IMG/VR virus record: IMGVR_UViG_3300020042_002437
Span: 1 to 39,434 of that record
Origin: a virus
Taxonomy: Duplodnaviria > Caudoviricetes
Direction: 5' to 3' (one strand)
DNA: 39,434 nucleotides
The translations under genes and the position numbers were made by a program. Under the pieces are notes generated by a model that made no database searches, was not told where the DNA came from, and saw nothing but the letters and a program-made list of their open reading frames with translations. Each line of letters opens with the position of its first letter. The stretch's first letter is position 1. This document shows, piece after piece, positions 27,957 through 36,599 of the stretch.

Positions 27957-28700
27957 CTATAGCTCAGTAGGAGCATCTTTACTAGTGGGTGAAAGCGTGA
28001 ATTTCTTTATGGTTTGGTACATTTTACGGTACATCTGCGAATACCCAGTATACATCTGGTTTGATAGCACGCCTAGTTGTTCGAGGCTGGCAGGGCCAAA
28101 GCCGCCTTTGATACCCTCTGAACGTATGGGTATGACATGGAGCAGTGGGTCCCCAGCGCGGATGCGGATGTCACAAGTGCGGCGCGGTACACAGATCATG
28201 TTGAGCGAGTTAAACTTATCGTAATCCACCGCGCCCGGTAATATCGTGAGATCGTCAAGAAAGTCTGAATGGTAGATAGCGGGCATTATAAGCGCGGATA
28301 CCCCCTTTGCAGCAAAGATACTCCACGGCGACCCGAAGTGAATAACCGTAAGCGGTACGCCATCTTCTGGGTCAAGTACCCCCTCAATGATACTAGCGTC
28401 CATTAGACGCCCAGCGGCAAACGTCGAGCCGCGTTGCTTAGAGCCAACGCGATAGGAAACCCCAGCTTTATTAGCAAGGATGTGGATGTCCGCCCATGCA
28501 GGGATTATGTAGCCCAAGCGGGCGTAGTCGATCATACTGGGACACTGCGGGAACCGCACCTTACTAAACTTCTCTTTCTGGGGAGCGTAACAACGAGGCT
28601 GTACGTCTGAGGCGCGCATGACGGGGTTACGTACGAACGCCTTGTGTGTGGAGTCTACGAACTCAATGTCGAACTCTCGTTTATTAAAGGGCCATATCAT
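27957..28700 (-). CDS. DUF6065-like (dUTPase-like beta-clip) protein
   Basis: CPSMIDYARLGYIIP...PGAVDYD...AGDPLLHVIPIR; paralogue of the adjacent gene. Confidence 0.6.
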   Translation of the reverse strand: MIWPFNKREFDIEFVDSTHKAFVRNPVMRASDVQPRCYAPQKEKFSKVRFPQCPSMIDYARLGYIIPAWADIHILANKAGVSYRVGSKQRGSTFAAGRLMDASIIEGVLDPEDGVPLTVIHFGSPWSIFAAKGVSALIMPAIYHSDFLDDLTILPGAVDYDKFNSLNMICVPRRTCDIRIRAGDPLLHVIPIRSEGIKGGFGPASLEQLGVLSNQMYTGYSQMYRKMYQTIKKFTLSPTSKDAPTEL

Positions 28701-29416
28701 TTACGTGGCTCCCTAATTTCGTTGGTATAAACGCTGCGGCGGCTCTGCTGCTGCTTACGGATAAGCTCGATGTTGTCGAACTCCGCAGTGGTCATATCCC
28801 GTATGATTGGCTTATTAGGGATAGTGTTACGTTTAATCGGCACTACGACCACTAGAGGGGTACCGGCAGGGATAATGTCATCGAAATTAGCGGTATGCCA
28901 CGCAGCGGGGAAGTTAATTTCCTTCACATAGCGATCCGTATCCACTAGGCCCGCGAGACAGGTAAAGTCTTGCCCAAATTGATTCATCAATGGCATCACA
29001 AGGGTAGACCATCCGGGGGCGGTCTTGATAACCCAGTGGTTGATGAACTTAATCGGAGCAGTAGGAAAACCCGGAGCAGTCTTCTCACCGACTTGTTTAA
29101 TGTCGTGGAACTCCGCAATTTTTAGCTCTGGGGGGTTCGTGACCTTAATTTGGGTCTTGTCCCCGTTGGTAAAGACCCCCAAATCACCTTGCAGTGGGAT
29201 AACATACCCAAGCGACATGACGTCCATAACGGGCATACATTGCTTTATGGTCATACTACGACCGCCAAACTGGTCACGGTTATCCAAATTGATTGAGACT
29301 TTTTTGAACCAGTCGGGCATAAACTTAGCTGCGGACTTTGGTTCTGGGATGACACCTCGGTAGGTAGGGTGGCACATGAACTCCATAATCGGAGTTTTCT
29401 TAAGTATATTGAACAT
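28697..29416 (-). CDS. DUF6065-like (dUTPase-like beta-clip) protein
   Basis: CMPVMDVMSLGYVIP...WVIKTAPGWS...GLVDTD...AGTPLVVVVPIKR. Confidence 0.65.
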   Translation of the reverse strand: MFNILKKTPIMEFMCHPTYRGVIPEPKSAAKFMPDWFKKVSINLDNRDQFGGRSMTIKQCMPVMDVMSLGYVIPLQGDLGVFTNGDKTQIKVTNPPELKIAEFHDIKQVGEKTAPGFPTAPIKFINHWVIKTAPGWSTLVMPLMNQFGQDFTCLAGLVDTDRYVKEINFPAAWHTANFDDIIPAGTPLVVVVPIKRNTIPNKPIIRDMTTAEFDNIELIRKQQQSRRSVYTNEIREPRK

Positions 29417-29428
29417 GTTAGTCTTGTC

Positions 29429-30052
29429 CTAACGGTTAAATGTAATGCCTTGGCTAGCGAAAAAATCGTAGTCCCGAGCATAGTGTTGTTTAATACGGTC
29501 TATAAACTCCGGCGACAAGTCGTTAACGTCAAACTTGGAGGGACTTTCATTTTGGTGGGGTACTTCGGCTGGGGCGTCTAACCCCCACAATGCTGCCAAA
29601 CGTACCAGTTCGGCGTCAAAATTCCGAAAATCTAGTAGCTGAACCTCTGGCGCAAACCACGTAGTCTGGGGCCTAGCTAACTCTATTACAGGCCCACGCT
29701 TAAAGCGAGTGCGCACATCAAGGATGTCCTCCGGAGTGAGTTCTTGTATTTCAGCTTGAGCCTTAGCCATGATCTCAGGGCTGATGGGGTAGCTACCCCA
29801 GATTAAATACCATTCACTGACTATGAAGTTGCACATGGATATAAACCGCTCAACAGGGCAGCGGTAGAAAGAGAAGAACTCATATCCATCCTCACCGAGT
29901 GCTGAGGCAGCTTCTTGATAGGGTAAGTGCCCATTAAATATGATACGTATGTGGCCATGGAACTGAGGACGGCGAAAATACTCTAGAGCCGAGCGTGTGC
30001 CCGTCTTAGGGTTAAGTAAGAGGACTGTCTTCGCAGCATTAGAAACAATCAC
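29429..30052 (-). CDS. Sulfotransferase family 2-like protein
   Basis: NPKTGTRS (5'-PSB loop), FYRCPVERFIS (3'-PB) and HYARDYDFF. Confidence 0.8.
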   Translation of the reverse strand: MIVSNAAKTVLLLNPKTGTRSALEYFRRPQFHGHIRIIFNGHLPYQEAASALGEDGYEFFSFYRCPVERFISMCNFIVSEWYLIWGSYPISPEIMAKAQAEIQELTPEDILDVRTRFKRGPVIELARPQTTWFAPEVQLLDFRNFDAELVRLAALWGLDAPAEVPHQNESPSKFDVNDLSPEFIDRIKQHYARDYDFFASQGITFNR

Positions 30053-30645
30053 TAGCTCTGTCTCTTACCCATAACCCAACTTACAATGGAGCGGCGTGAG
30101 CCGGATATCACGGGCTTAACGCGATGTGGCATCCAGCTAGCAAACAGTAGGATATCGCCCTTACTGGGTTTAAGGCTCTTGATGTCGTCGAGGTTGCCGT
30201 TGTTGCAAATCTCGAACTCGCCGCCCTCGTAATCCTCGGGGTCATCAAGCAGCATAACTATGGAAATCTTGCGTTGGTAATTTTCCCACCCGAACGCAAC
30301 GTCCCAATGCCACGTATAGTGTTGATCCAACCCGTATTTTGTATATTGGAGCGCTTCGAGGCCCTCGACGTCGTACATAAAGTGGTCGTAGTTGGCCTGC
30401 GAGATAACGCCAGAAAAGCGTTGAAAAATCCAGTCAGTGTTCTGGTCGGGGTGCAACCAAGCGACGTCAGAGTCCCGTACTTCCTTACGAGCGGGTTTCC
30501 CGTCACCATCACCAACTATGCCGTTCTGGAAATCCATGTGGGCTTCGAGGAAGGTGATACGTGCTATTTCTTCGGGGGTAAATGCGTCTCGCCACACGGC
30601 GAAACACTCTAGGGGTGCTCTATACTTCATTACACCAAATGGCAT
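30052..30645 (-). CDS. 2OG-Fe(II) oxygenase, prolyl-4-hydroxylase-like
   Basis: WHWD (HxD), RKIS, YEGGEF, PHRVKPV and GSRRSIVSW. Confidence 0.92.
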   Translation of the reverse strand: MPFGVMKYRAPLECFAVWRDAFTPEEIARITFLEAHMDFQNGIVGDGDGKPARKEVRDSDVAWLHPDQNTDWIFQRFSGVISQANYDHFMYDVEGLEALQYTKYGLDQHYTWHWDVAFGWENYQRKISIVMLLDDPEDYEGGEFEICNNGNLDDIKSLKPSKGDILLFASWMPHRVKPVISGSRRSIVSWVMGKRQS

Positions 30646-30656
30646 TTTATTTTCCT

Positions 30657-31487
30657 TTAGCTTGACGTAATCGTTACATAGCCTCCTGACGGCACAGAAA
30701 CGGGATACGTCGCGTTGTCTGGGTAGCTATAATAACTAACCAGTGTTGCAGGTGTCACCGGAGCAGGTGAGCCACCAGAGTTCGACCCGGGTAGTGTGAC
30801 ACCCAAGGCAGTCGAGGCGTTACCCGGTACAGCCGGGGTAGTAGGGTTAGTGTTAGCGTAGTTGCCGCCAGAGCTAGGGTTAGTGTTAGCGTAATTGCCG
30901 CCAGAGCCGGGGTTATAACCAGAAACATTACCGCCAGAGCCGGGGTTAGTGTTAGCGTAATTGCCGCCAGAAGGTGGGTTATTGCCAGCAAAGTTGCCGC
31001 CCGAGCCGGGGTTGGAGAACGGATTGCCCGGGGTGGATGGGTTGGTGAACGGATTACCGGGCGTATAGGTTCCGGGGTAGGTGTCATCATAGACAAAGTT
31101 GTAATTACCGGGTTGATAGGTTCCCGGGTTAGTGCCGGAGTTGCCCGGAGTGGAGGGGTTAACACCGGAGTTTCCGGGCGTATAGGGGTTGTAGTACGCA
31201 TTGCCCGGAACAACTGGGTTGTAGTTTGCGTTGCCCGGGACGTACGGGTTGTAGTTTGCATTGCCCGGAACGTACGGGTTGTAGTTTGCATTGCCCGGAA
31301 CAACTGGGTTGTAGTTTGCGTTGCCGGGGATAGCTGCGGTCCCCGTGCCGCCCCGACCGGTAACAGTGATCTGGTAGCGCCCGTAAGGGATAGGGTAATT
31401 ACCCGCCGCGTTAAACGTCTGGGTACCAGTACCCGAGGCACGCCAAGTTTTTTGTAGCCCGAAGGAGGGCTTACCGGGACCCGCCAT
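30657..31487 (-). CDS. Pro/Gly/Asn/Tyr repeat protein, putative fibre-tip adhesin
   Basis: Glycine-rich-domain-like ends (TFNAAGNYPIP...ITVTGRGG; YPVSVPSGGYVTIT) bracket a repeat insert; translationally coupled to the fibre gene. Confidence 0.7.
   Translation of the reverse strand: MAGPGKPSFGLQKTWRASGTGTQTFNAAGNYPIPYGRYQITVTGRGGTGTAAIPGNANYNPVVPGNANYNPYVPGNANYNPYVPGNANYNPVVPGNAYYNPYTPGNSGVNPSTPGNSGTNPGTYQPGNYNFVYDDTYPGTYTPGNPFTNPSTPGNPFSNPGSGGNFAGNNPPSGGNYANTNPGSGGNVSGYNPGSGGNYANTNPSSGGNYANTNPTTPAVPGNASTALGVTLPGSNSGGSPAPVTPATLVSYYSYPDNATYPVSVPSGGYVTITSS
30840..31330 (-). repeat. Coding tandem repeats: 30-bp units (PGNANYNPxV) and 33-bp units (GGNYANTNPxS)
   Basis: 31201-31230 is identical to 31291-31320; GGGTTAGTGTTAGCGTA recurs three times in 30844-30959. 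Confidence 0.95.
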
Positions 31488-32299
31488 TACCTAGAATCCT
31501 TAACCGCCAACGATACAACGTAAAAACTACCGTTGTTGTAGGTGTACACGTTCCAAATGTCCACTGCGCTTGCTGTAGTCGTAATCGGCGGGGCCACAGC
31601 ACCGGCATACTTGCTACCGGTCGGCCAAGTAATTGAACGCCCGCCAGTGCCGTCCTGCGTGGTAATGATGGTGAACCCGTAGGGGGTGGTCGGTAGGCCC
31701 GTGAACGACGAAATGGTCAAATTACCAGTAAGAGTCAGCGAGATCGTGTCGTAGGCTGCTACGTTGATGCTGATCGACCCAGTCTGGTTACCCAGCGCAT
31801 TGATTGCCGACAGCGGCATGAGGCCAGTGGCGGCAATAGTGATCGACCCAGTACTATTGGTGACGTTGATGTTCGTACCAGCAGTTAAAGTGGTTTTGGT
31901 AAGCGTATTGCCTGTGGTGTTGCCGATCAGAAGCTGGCCGTTGGTGTATGTTGTTTGGCCTGTTCCGCCGTTGGCGACCGGAAGAGTACCGTAGCCGTCC
32001 GAAATAACTTTCTCTGCTGGATAGGAAGAGAACACGGTAGATGTGCCCGCCAGCGTGATTGCCCCGCCGCCTATGCTAGACGACAAGATCGTTGTACGTG
32101 CTAGCGTAGTACCAGAGGTAGAATATGTGCCGATACCGACTTCCCAAGCTGTACCGCTGGTGATCGTGTAGTATGTAGTGTTACCGTTCCCGACAACCGC
32201 AAACGACTGGAAACCAGCTACGGCACCAGCAAGAGTTACCGTGCCGGTGCCTGTAGTAGTTGTTGTTTCTTGTACGCGGTTAGCGAGGACGAGAGCCAT
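31487..32299 (-). CDS. Short tail-fibre-like protein
   Basis: NRVQETTTTTGTG...WEVGIGTY N-terminus, PVANGGTG module and TQDGTGGRSITWP C-terminal domain. Confidence 0.75.
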   Translation of the reverse strand: MALVLANRVQETTTTTGTGTVTLAGAVAGFQSFAVVGNGNTTYYTITSGTAWEVGIGTYSTSGTTLARTTILSSSIGGGAITLAGTSTVFSSYPAEKVISDGYGTLPVANGGTGQTTYTNGQLLIGNTTGNTLTKTTLTAGTNINVTNSTGSITIAATGLMPLSAINALGNQTGSISINVAAYDTISLTLTGNLTISSFTGLPTTPYGFTIITTQDGTGGRSITWPTGSKYAGAVAPPITTTASAVDIWNVYTYNNGSFYVVSLAVKDSR

Positions 32300-32772
32300 T
32301 ATGCAATCCTGATGATAGCCGAGGTATTGTTATTCGTTGGGAAGATGATGGTGAAGTCACCTGCCGTCGAAGTCTTATCCGAACCAAAATCAAGCACAGC
32401 TACAGCAGCGTTGGTAAGCGTGGTGTTCGCCGTGCCGTTAGCCGAAGGAGTTGTGTTATAGATCATCGCGCCGCGAGCCGTAACCGTAGCGTTCGAGAAC
32501 GTCAGGTTGCTGAAAGTTGTAAAACCAGTACCAGCCGAGGTCGAGGTGTTCGTAGCAGTTACGCCACCATTAACCAGCGCAGCGCCACCAGCAGTGTAGT
32601 TTGTACCAGTGGACTCGTTAGTAGCCGTATAGGCAGTCGTGTTAGCATCAATCGTAGCTGACGAGGTATACAGCGCCAGCTTGAAGGCGTCGCCACTAGA
32701 GGCGCGGAAGTCGTGGACAGCCAGCAGAATTTCGGCTTTGAAGCTGGTTGTCATAGCTTGTGTAATAGCCAT
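32299..32772 (-). CDS. Virion structural protein
   Basis: MAITQAMTTSFKAEIL...FKLALYTS...AVLDFGSDKTST...FTIIFP, a recurrent phage structural pattern. Confidence 0.7.
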   Translation of the reverse strand: MAITQAMTTSFKAEILLAVHDFRASSGDAFKLALYTSSATIDANTTAYTATNESTGTNYTAGGAALVNGGVTATNTSTSAGTGFTTFSNLTFSNATVTARGAMIYNTTPSANGTANTTLTNAAVAVLDFGSDKTSTAGDFTIIFPTNNNTSAIIRIA

Positions 32773-32783
32773 GGGTATTCTCC

Positions 32784-33068
32784 TTAAGTATCAATAAGTT
32801 TAACTAGCTCAGGAAACCCAGCTTCGGTAAACTTAGCTGCCAGAGTTACGTTACGCGAGCGCATTCCTTCGCGTATAAAGTAGATGAGCACTTCACGCAA
32901 GTTTTCTTGGAAGGCGCGAGCCTGATCCGCAATCACTGGGGGTGCGTTATCACCTACATTGATAATTTGATTAAGAGCACGATCAGCAAGCTCCTCAGCA
33001 GAAAAACCACGGTTATTCGTGGTCATGACCTGCACGGTGCCAAGGGCAGAAGAAAGTTCGTTAAACAT
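32784..33068 (-). CDS. Conserved hypothetical protein
   Basis: GAGG RBS; fills the gap in the operon. Confidence 0.7.
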   Translation of the reverse strand: MFNELSSALGTVQVMTTNNRGFSAEELADRALNQIINVGDNAPPVIADQARAFQENLREVLIYFIREGMRSRNVTLAAKFTEAGFPELVKLIDT

Positions 33069-33072
33069 TATA

Positions 33073-33753
33073 TTACCTCACCGGCTGGCGTATCTGTTGG
33101 GTCCGGTACATATCTTGACGATTCTTACCTTCACCGAGTTGTTTCAACATAGCAAGTGCTTCGCCATATCGCTGTTGGTAGTTAGCGATAATCTCTGGCT
33201 CACCCTTCATAAAGGTGTAGGCTTCAAGTAAAGAGCCATACAACAGCACGCTATCGAAGTTATCGCCAAGCCACGACGTACCAGCAGTTACAATAGATTC
33301 TGGGTAGTAGAAGTAATGTAGTTCGGCTGCATAGCTCGCGTCTGGCGTAGGGCCGAGGATATACGAGTTCTCGTCGAAGAACGCGTAATGAGTAGGTTGC
33401 GCTGTAATACTTGGGTTAGGGAACGACTCACGGATGAAGTTAACATCCTTGTTGATTAAGTAAATGTATTGCCCGCTTACGGTGATTATAGCTAGCGAGA
33501 AGTTTGCAAGCCAATCAGTGGGTACCGCGAGGTATGGATTATTTACTGTGACGTTACCAGTTACGTTCTTACGTAGGTCCAGAAGCTGGACCATATTGTA
33601 TATACGCTGCTCTGCTTCTTGTATGAATGTGTTAATCTGTTCGGTAGACGTAAACGTCACGGTCCCCGTACCAGCGGAGTCCGTCCATGACGTATTGGGG
33701 AAGTCGTTTTCTACGTATCCCTTAATGGTTTCAAACAGAGTAGCGTAGTTCAT
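33073..33753 (-). CDS. Head-tail adaptor-like protein
   Basis: ATG 33753 in TAATG overlap; FIQEAEQRI...GPTPDASY...LLYGSLLEA pattern. Confidence 0.7.
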   Translation of the reverse strand: MNYATLFETIKGYVENDFPNTSWTDSAGTGTVTFTSTEQINTFIQEAEQRIYNMVQLLDLRKNVTGNVTVNNPYLAVPTDWLANFSLAIITVSGQYIYLINKDVNFIRESFPNPSITAQPTHYAFFDENSYILGPTPDASYAAELHYFYYPESIVTAGTSWLGDNFDSVLLYGSLLEAYTFMKGEPEIIANYQQRYGEALAMLKQLGEGKNRQDMYRTQQIRQPVR

Positions 33754-33956
33754 TAGCCCATCTTCGTGCTGCTGCAATTACCTTTGGTAGCCAGCTTGGT
33801 ACCACGAGTACGCAGTGTTTGCGTGTTAGGGATGTTATTTGGGTAGCCGTTATTGCCGAGGTCGATATTAGTACCGCCCTTCATGGTGTGTGGCTTGGCG
33901 TAGACTTCGGCAGAGCCGACTTCCTTACCACCCATTATTTTGCTAAACTTAGCCAT
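33753..33956 (-). CDS. Small basic protein
   Basis: 67 aa with GGAG RBS; ends RTRGTKLATKG... Confidence 0.7.
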   Translation of the reverse strand: MAKFSKIMGGKEVGSAEVYAKPHTMKGGTNIDLGNNGYPNNIPNTQTLRTRGTKLATKGNCSSTKMG

Positions 33957-33967
33957 ATTACTTACTC

Positions 33968-34402
33968 CTACGTTACTATCGTCACTGTACCTATGCTACC
34001 TGTAGCTACTAGCGTATTTGGTAGATTAGGCAAAGCTAAAGGATTATTTAGCCCTACAGGACCCCACCCCCACTGTATAACACGACTACCGTCACTAGGG
34101 CCACCAAAAGCTAACACGTTGCTACTTGGTACTTGCCCGTAAATTTTTATCTTAAGCCCGGTCATACCTGCCTGCCAGAAACTGACGTCAGGGCGTGGGT
34201 TACGTAGTGCCTGCGGATCATCAACCGGATACATACCGAGTTGAAGCTGTGGCTGGTCAGGCTCCCAACAAGTAGGGCACACAAGGATATTGGTGCTCTT
34301 AGTCTTTATGGTGATCTTGCGAAGCTGCTTGAGTTTATACCGGAAGCCACAGCGGTCACATTCCGCAATGGCTCTTTTACCAGAGGCAAATGGATTGGGC
34401 AT
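33968..34402 (-). CDS. CxxC-CxxC zinc-ribbon phage protein
   Basis: ECDRCGF...VCPTCWEPDQPQL; GGAGG RBS. Confidence 0.75.
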   Translation of the reverse strand: MPNPFASGKRAIAECDRCGFRYKLKQLRKITIKTKSTNILVCPTCWEPDQPQLQLGMYPVDDPQALRNPRPDVSFWQAGMTGLKIKIYGQVPSSNVLAFGGPSDGSRVIQWGWGPVGLNNPLALPNLPNTLVATGSIGTVTIVT

Positions 34403-34410
34403 CGTACCTC

Positions 34411-35127
34411 CTAGATAAACATCTGACGCGGAGCGATCCGCAACGGAGCCTTTTCGCGGTCTTCATCCGCAGCCTGCTGCCAAGCTTCATCATACATCTG
34501 CTTCAACATCCCTGTACGTTCCATAGCGCTGGGGAGTTTAAGCGACAAATAATACGCTAGCCCTGCTACCATGCAGGGGAGAAAACGGAATGGGATGTCT
34601 TGCGTGTTAAGACCGTCACCTGCATCCTGTATACGGCGCAGGCGGTAGTAGAAGAAGGTATAATAGTTGCTTTGGTCTGGGGCTGGCCACACGTTAATCT
34701 GCGGGTAGGAAATATTATTACCCTGTCCATTCGCACCAGACTGACGGTTAATCCACACTTGGATAGGACGTCCTTGAGCGTTCTTATTTGGGATCGTGAT
34801 GTACGTGTCGGCGCTAATACGGTTGATGTTGATATCAAGCTGGTTCGAACTTGTACCAGCATTTGTACGTATCACCTGCTCTAACAGGTCAATCGTGTCG
34901 ATTGGCAAGTTGTAGGTGATTGTACCCTGCACCATAGCAATAGAACCTTGGTCGATAGTCCACAGGTTAATACCACGGTTTGCCCACTCAATGGTAAGCA
35001 AGTTCAAGCTGCGACGCGCAGTACGCAGATCATAACCGGTACGAAGCTCAGCCCCACAACGCTCAAAAGCCTCTTCGACTAGGTCGTTGAGGTTAAGGTC
35101 AAATGAGGTGCTTCCGCTTGTGGTCAT
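34411..35127 (-). CDS. Head-tail adaptor / tail tubular protein A-like
   Basis: VEEAFERCG...ARRSLNLL..EWANRG...VWPAPD...PFRFLPCMVAGLAYYL. Confidence 0.75.
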   Translation of the reverse strand: MTTSGSTSFDLNLNDLVEEAFERCGAELRTGYDLRTARRSLNLLTIEWANRGINLWTIDQGSIAMVQGTITYNLPIDTIDLLEQVIRTNAGTSSNQLDININRISADTYITIPNKNAQGRPIQVWINRQSGANGQGNNISYPQINVWPAPDQSNYYTFFYYRLRRIQDAGDGLNTQDIPFRFLPCMVAGLAYYLSLKLPSAMERTGMLKQMYDEAWQQAADEDREKAPLRIAPRQMFI

Positions 35128-35381
35128 TACCTAAAACCTTTTGTTTTCTTAGCTACGGTCTTTGGCTGCTTAACGAACTGCTTACCCTTGGCCTTACCGG
35201 CCCGCTTAGCCTTGGTTGTCGCTGCGTACTCCGCAGAAGACAAGGACTTTATAGCTTTCTCCGGTAGGTAGCGCTCTCCTGTAGCCTTAGACCCTTGCGT
35301 CGATGGTTTACCGCTTTTGGTTCGCCACTTCTGCTCAGTCCAAGACTTCAGGCTTTGCTGGGATTTAGCTAATCCGCTCAC
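35127..35381 (-). CDS. Small basic protein, DUF5872-like C-terminal half
   Basis: SLKSWTEQKWRTK...ERYLPEKAIKSLS...KQFVKQP; GTGA overlap with the upstream gene. Confidence 0.7.
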   Translation of the reverse strand: MSGLAKSQQSLKSWTEQKWRTKSGKPSTQGSKATGERYLPEKAIKSLSSAEYAATTKAKRAGKAKGKQFVKQPKTVAKKTKGFR

Positions 35382-35626
35382 TTGTAACCACCACCTCTTG
35401 CTTTGTACTGCTTAGCCATCATCTGGGCTTTTCTTGCGGACCATTGGCCCGGATTACCGCCCTTACCACCAGCTTTGATGGCATTGAAGATAGCCTTGCG
35501 CATACCGGGTTTGGTGTAGTTTCCGGCCTCATTGACCTTCGACTCACCACCCGCAGCCATACCAATAGCTTCGCCTTTAGGCATCTTGGACTTACTTATA
35601 GTCCCCATACCTCGGCACGGGCGCAT
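35378..35626 (-). CDS. Small basic protein, DUF5872-like N-terminal half
   Basis: NYTKPGMRK...GGKGGNPGQWSARKAQMMAKQYKARGGGYK. Confidence 0.7.
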   Translation of the reverse strand: MRPCRGMGTISKSKMPKGEAIGMAAGGESKVNEAGNYTKPGMRKAIFNAIKAGGKGGNPGQWSARKAQMMAKQYKARGGGYK

Positions 35627-36159
35627 TAGCAGGTTTTCCCACCTTTTTTGAACTTAGCCATCGAAGGCTTAGTCTTGCCCGCACGTAGTGGGACGCCGGT
35701 ATGGCCCTTCTTAGCCAAACCAACGGGCGAACTGCTTTTACCCGCACCGACCATCGCACGACCCATCGTGTCAGCCGACTTCTTCATCATAGCAGCGCCA
35801 AACTTGGTTGCTGCGAACGGCTTACCCTTAGCCGCTGGCTTCATCTTAGCTTTTCCACCCTTTGCCATATTCAAACTCCCCATAGCCTTCGACGAAGGCA
35901 TTTCCTTAGTGACGCCACCAGCGGCATACTTCTTCATTTTTCCACCCTTTTTCATACCGGGCGTGGCGTTACGCCGCATCATTTCTTTGCGGAACTCGTC
36001 ACGCTCGGGGGTCGCCGGTACTGTGTCCGAGCCACCTGTGGATGAGTCGCTTGACATCGTCTTATTTTTCCGTGACCTCTTGGCCGCATCTGCTGCTGCT
36101 CGGGCCGAAACAAACGCCTTTGCGCGTTCGCCGATCTGGGTATCTCTATTCTGTTTCAT
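35626..36159 (-). CDS. Lys-rich low-complexity protein with four [MYF]xxGG motifs
   Basis: MKKGG, YAAGG, MAKGG, FKKGG; AAGGA RBS; TAATG coupling downstream. Confidence 0.75.
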   Translation of the reverse strand: MKQNRDTQIGERAKAFVSARAAADAAKRSRKNKTMSSDSSTGGSDTVPATPERDEFRKEMMRRNATPGMKKGGKMKKYAAGGVTKEMPSSKAMGSLNMAKGGKAKMKPAAKGKPFAATKFGAAMMKKSADTMGRAMVGAGKSSSPVGLAKKGHTGVPLRAGKTKPSMAKFKKGGKTC

Positions 36160-36163
36160 AGTT

Positions 36164-36337
36164 CTATTCCTTACCTAGCCATCTTCGCACGGTCTTCGTC
36201 TCGTATATACGAATTGCCGTCCATATAATAGTAAACAACGCTGCGATTGCTGGAAGCATAGAAACCATCGTCCCAACAACCGTGAAGAATGAAGCTATAT
36301 CTATAGCATACTTAAAAGTTTCGTGCCCATCTAGCAT
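36164..36337 (-). CDS. 57-aa membrane protein (not in ORF track)
   Basis: MLDGHETFKYAIDIASFFTVVGTMVSMLPAIAALFTIIWTAIRIYETKTVRRWLGKE*; exactly fills the 36159-36339 gap. Confidence 0.8.
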   Translation of the reverse strand: MLDGHETFKYAIDIASFFTVVGTMVSMLPAIAALFTIIWTAIRIYETKTVRRWLGKE

Positions 36338-36338
36338 C

Positions 36339-36599
36339 TTAGCAATCCCACTTACGAAGCGACAGGGCTTTACGAGTAGGGCGACCCTTCTCGTCTTTCA
36401 TAGGACCGGGCATACCCGACATACGAGCACAAAAGCTTTTACGTCGAGCGGCTGACTTAGGCGACTTCGCGGCTTGCTTGGCACTAACAGGGGGCTTAAT
36501 ATTCTGCCCTTGCGCTTTTAACGACGCACGACCTTTGGCGTTCAAGCCACCTTTAGGGTCCTTGCCTTCTTTGCGTGTCCAAGCAGGCGTCTTGGCCAT
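36339..36599 (-). CDS. Small basic protein, DUF6321-like
   Basis: KDPKGGLNAKGR...RRKSFCARMSGM...LRKWDC. Confidence 0.75.
   Translation of the reverse strand: MAKTPAWTRKEGKDPKGGLNAKGRASLKAQGQNIKPPVSAKQAAKSPKSAARRKSFCARMSGMPGPMKDEKGRPTRKALSLRKWDC

Noticed and set aside
30840-31330. 30/33-bp repeats as a CRISPR array
   Set aside because: Units are contiguous, in frame, vary at codon level and have no unique spacers.
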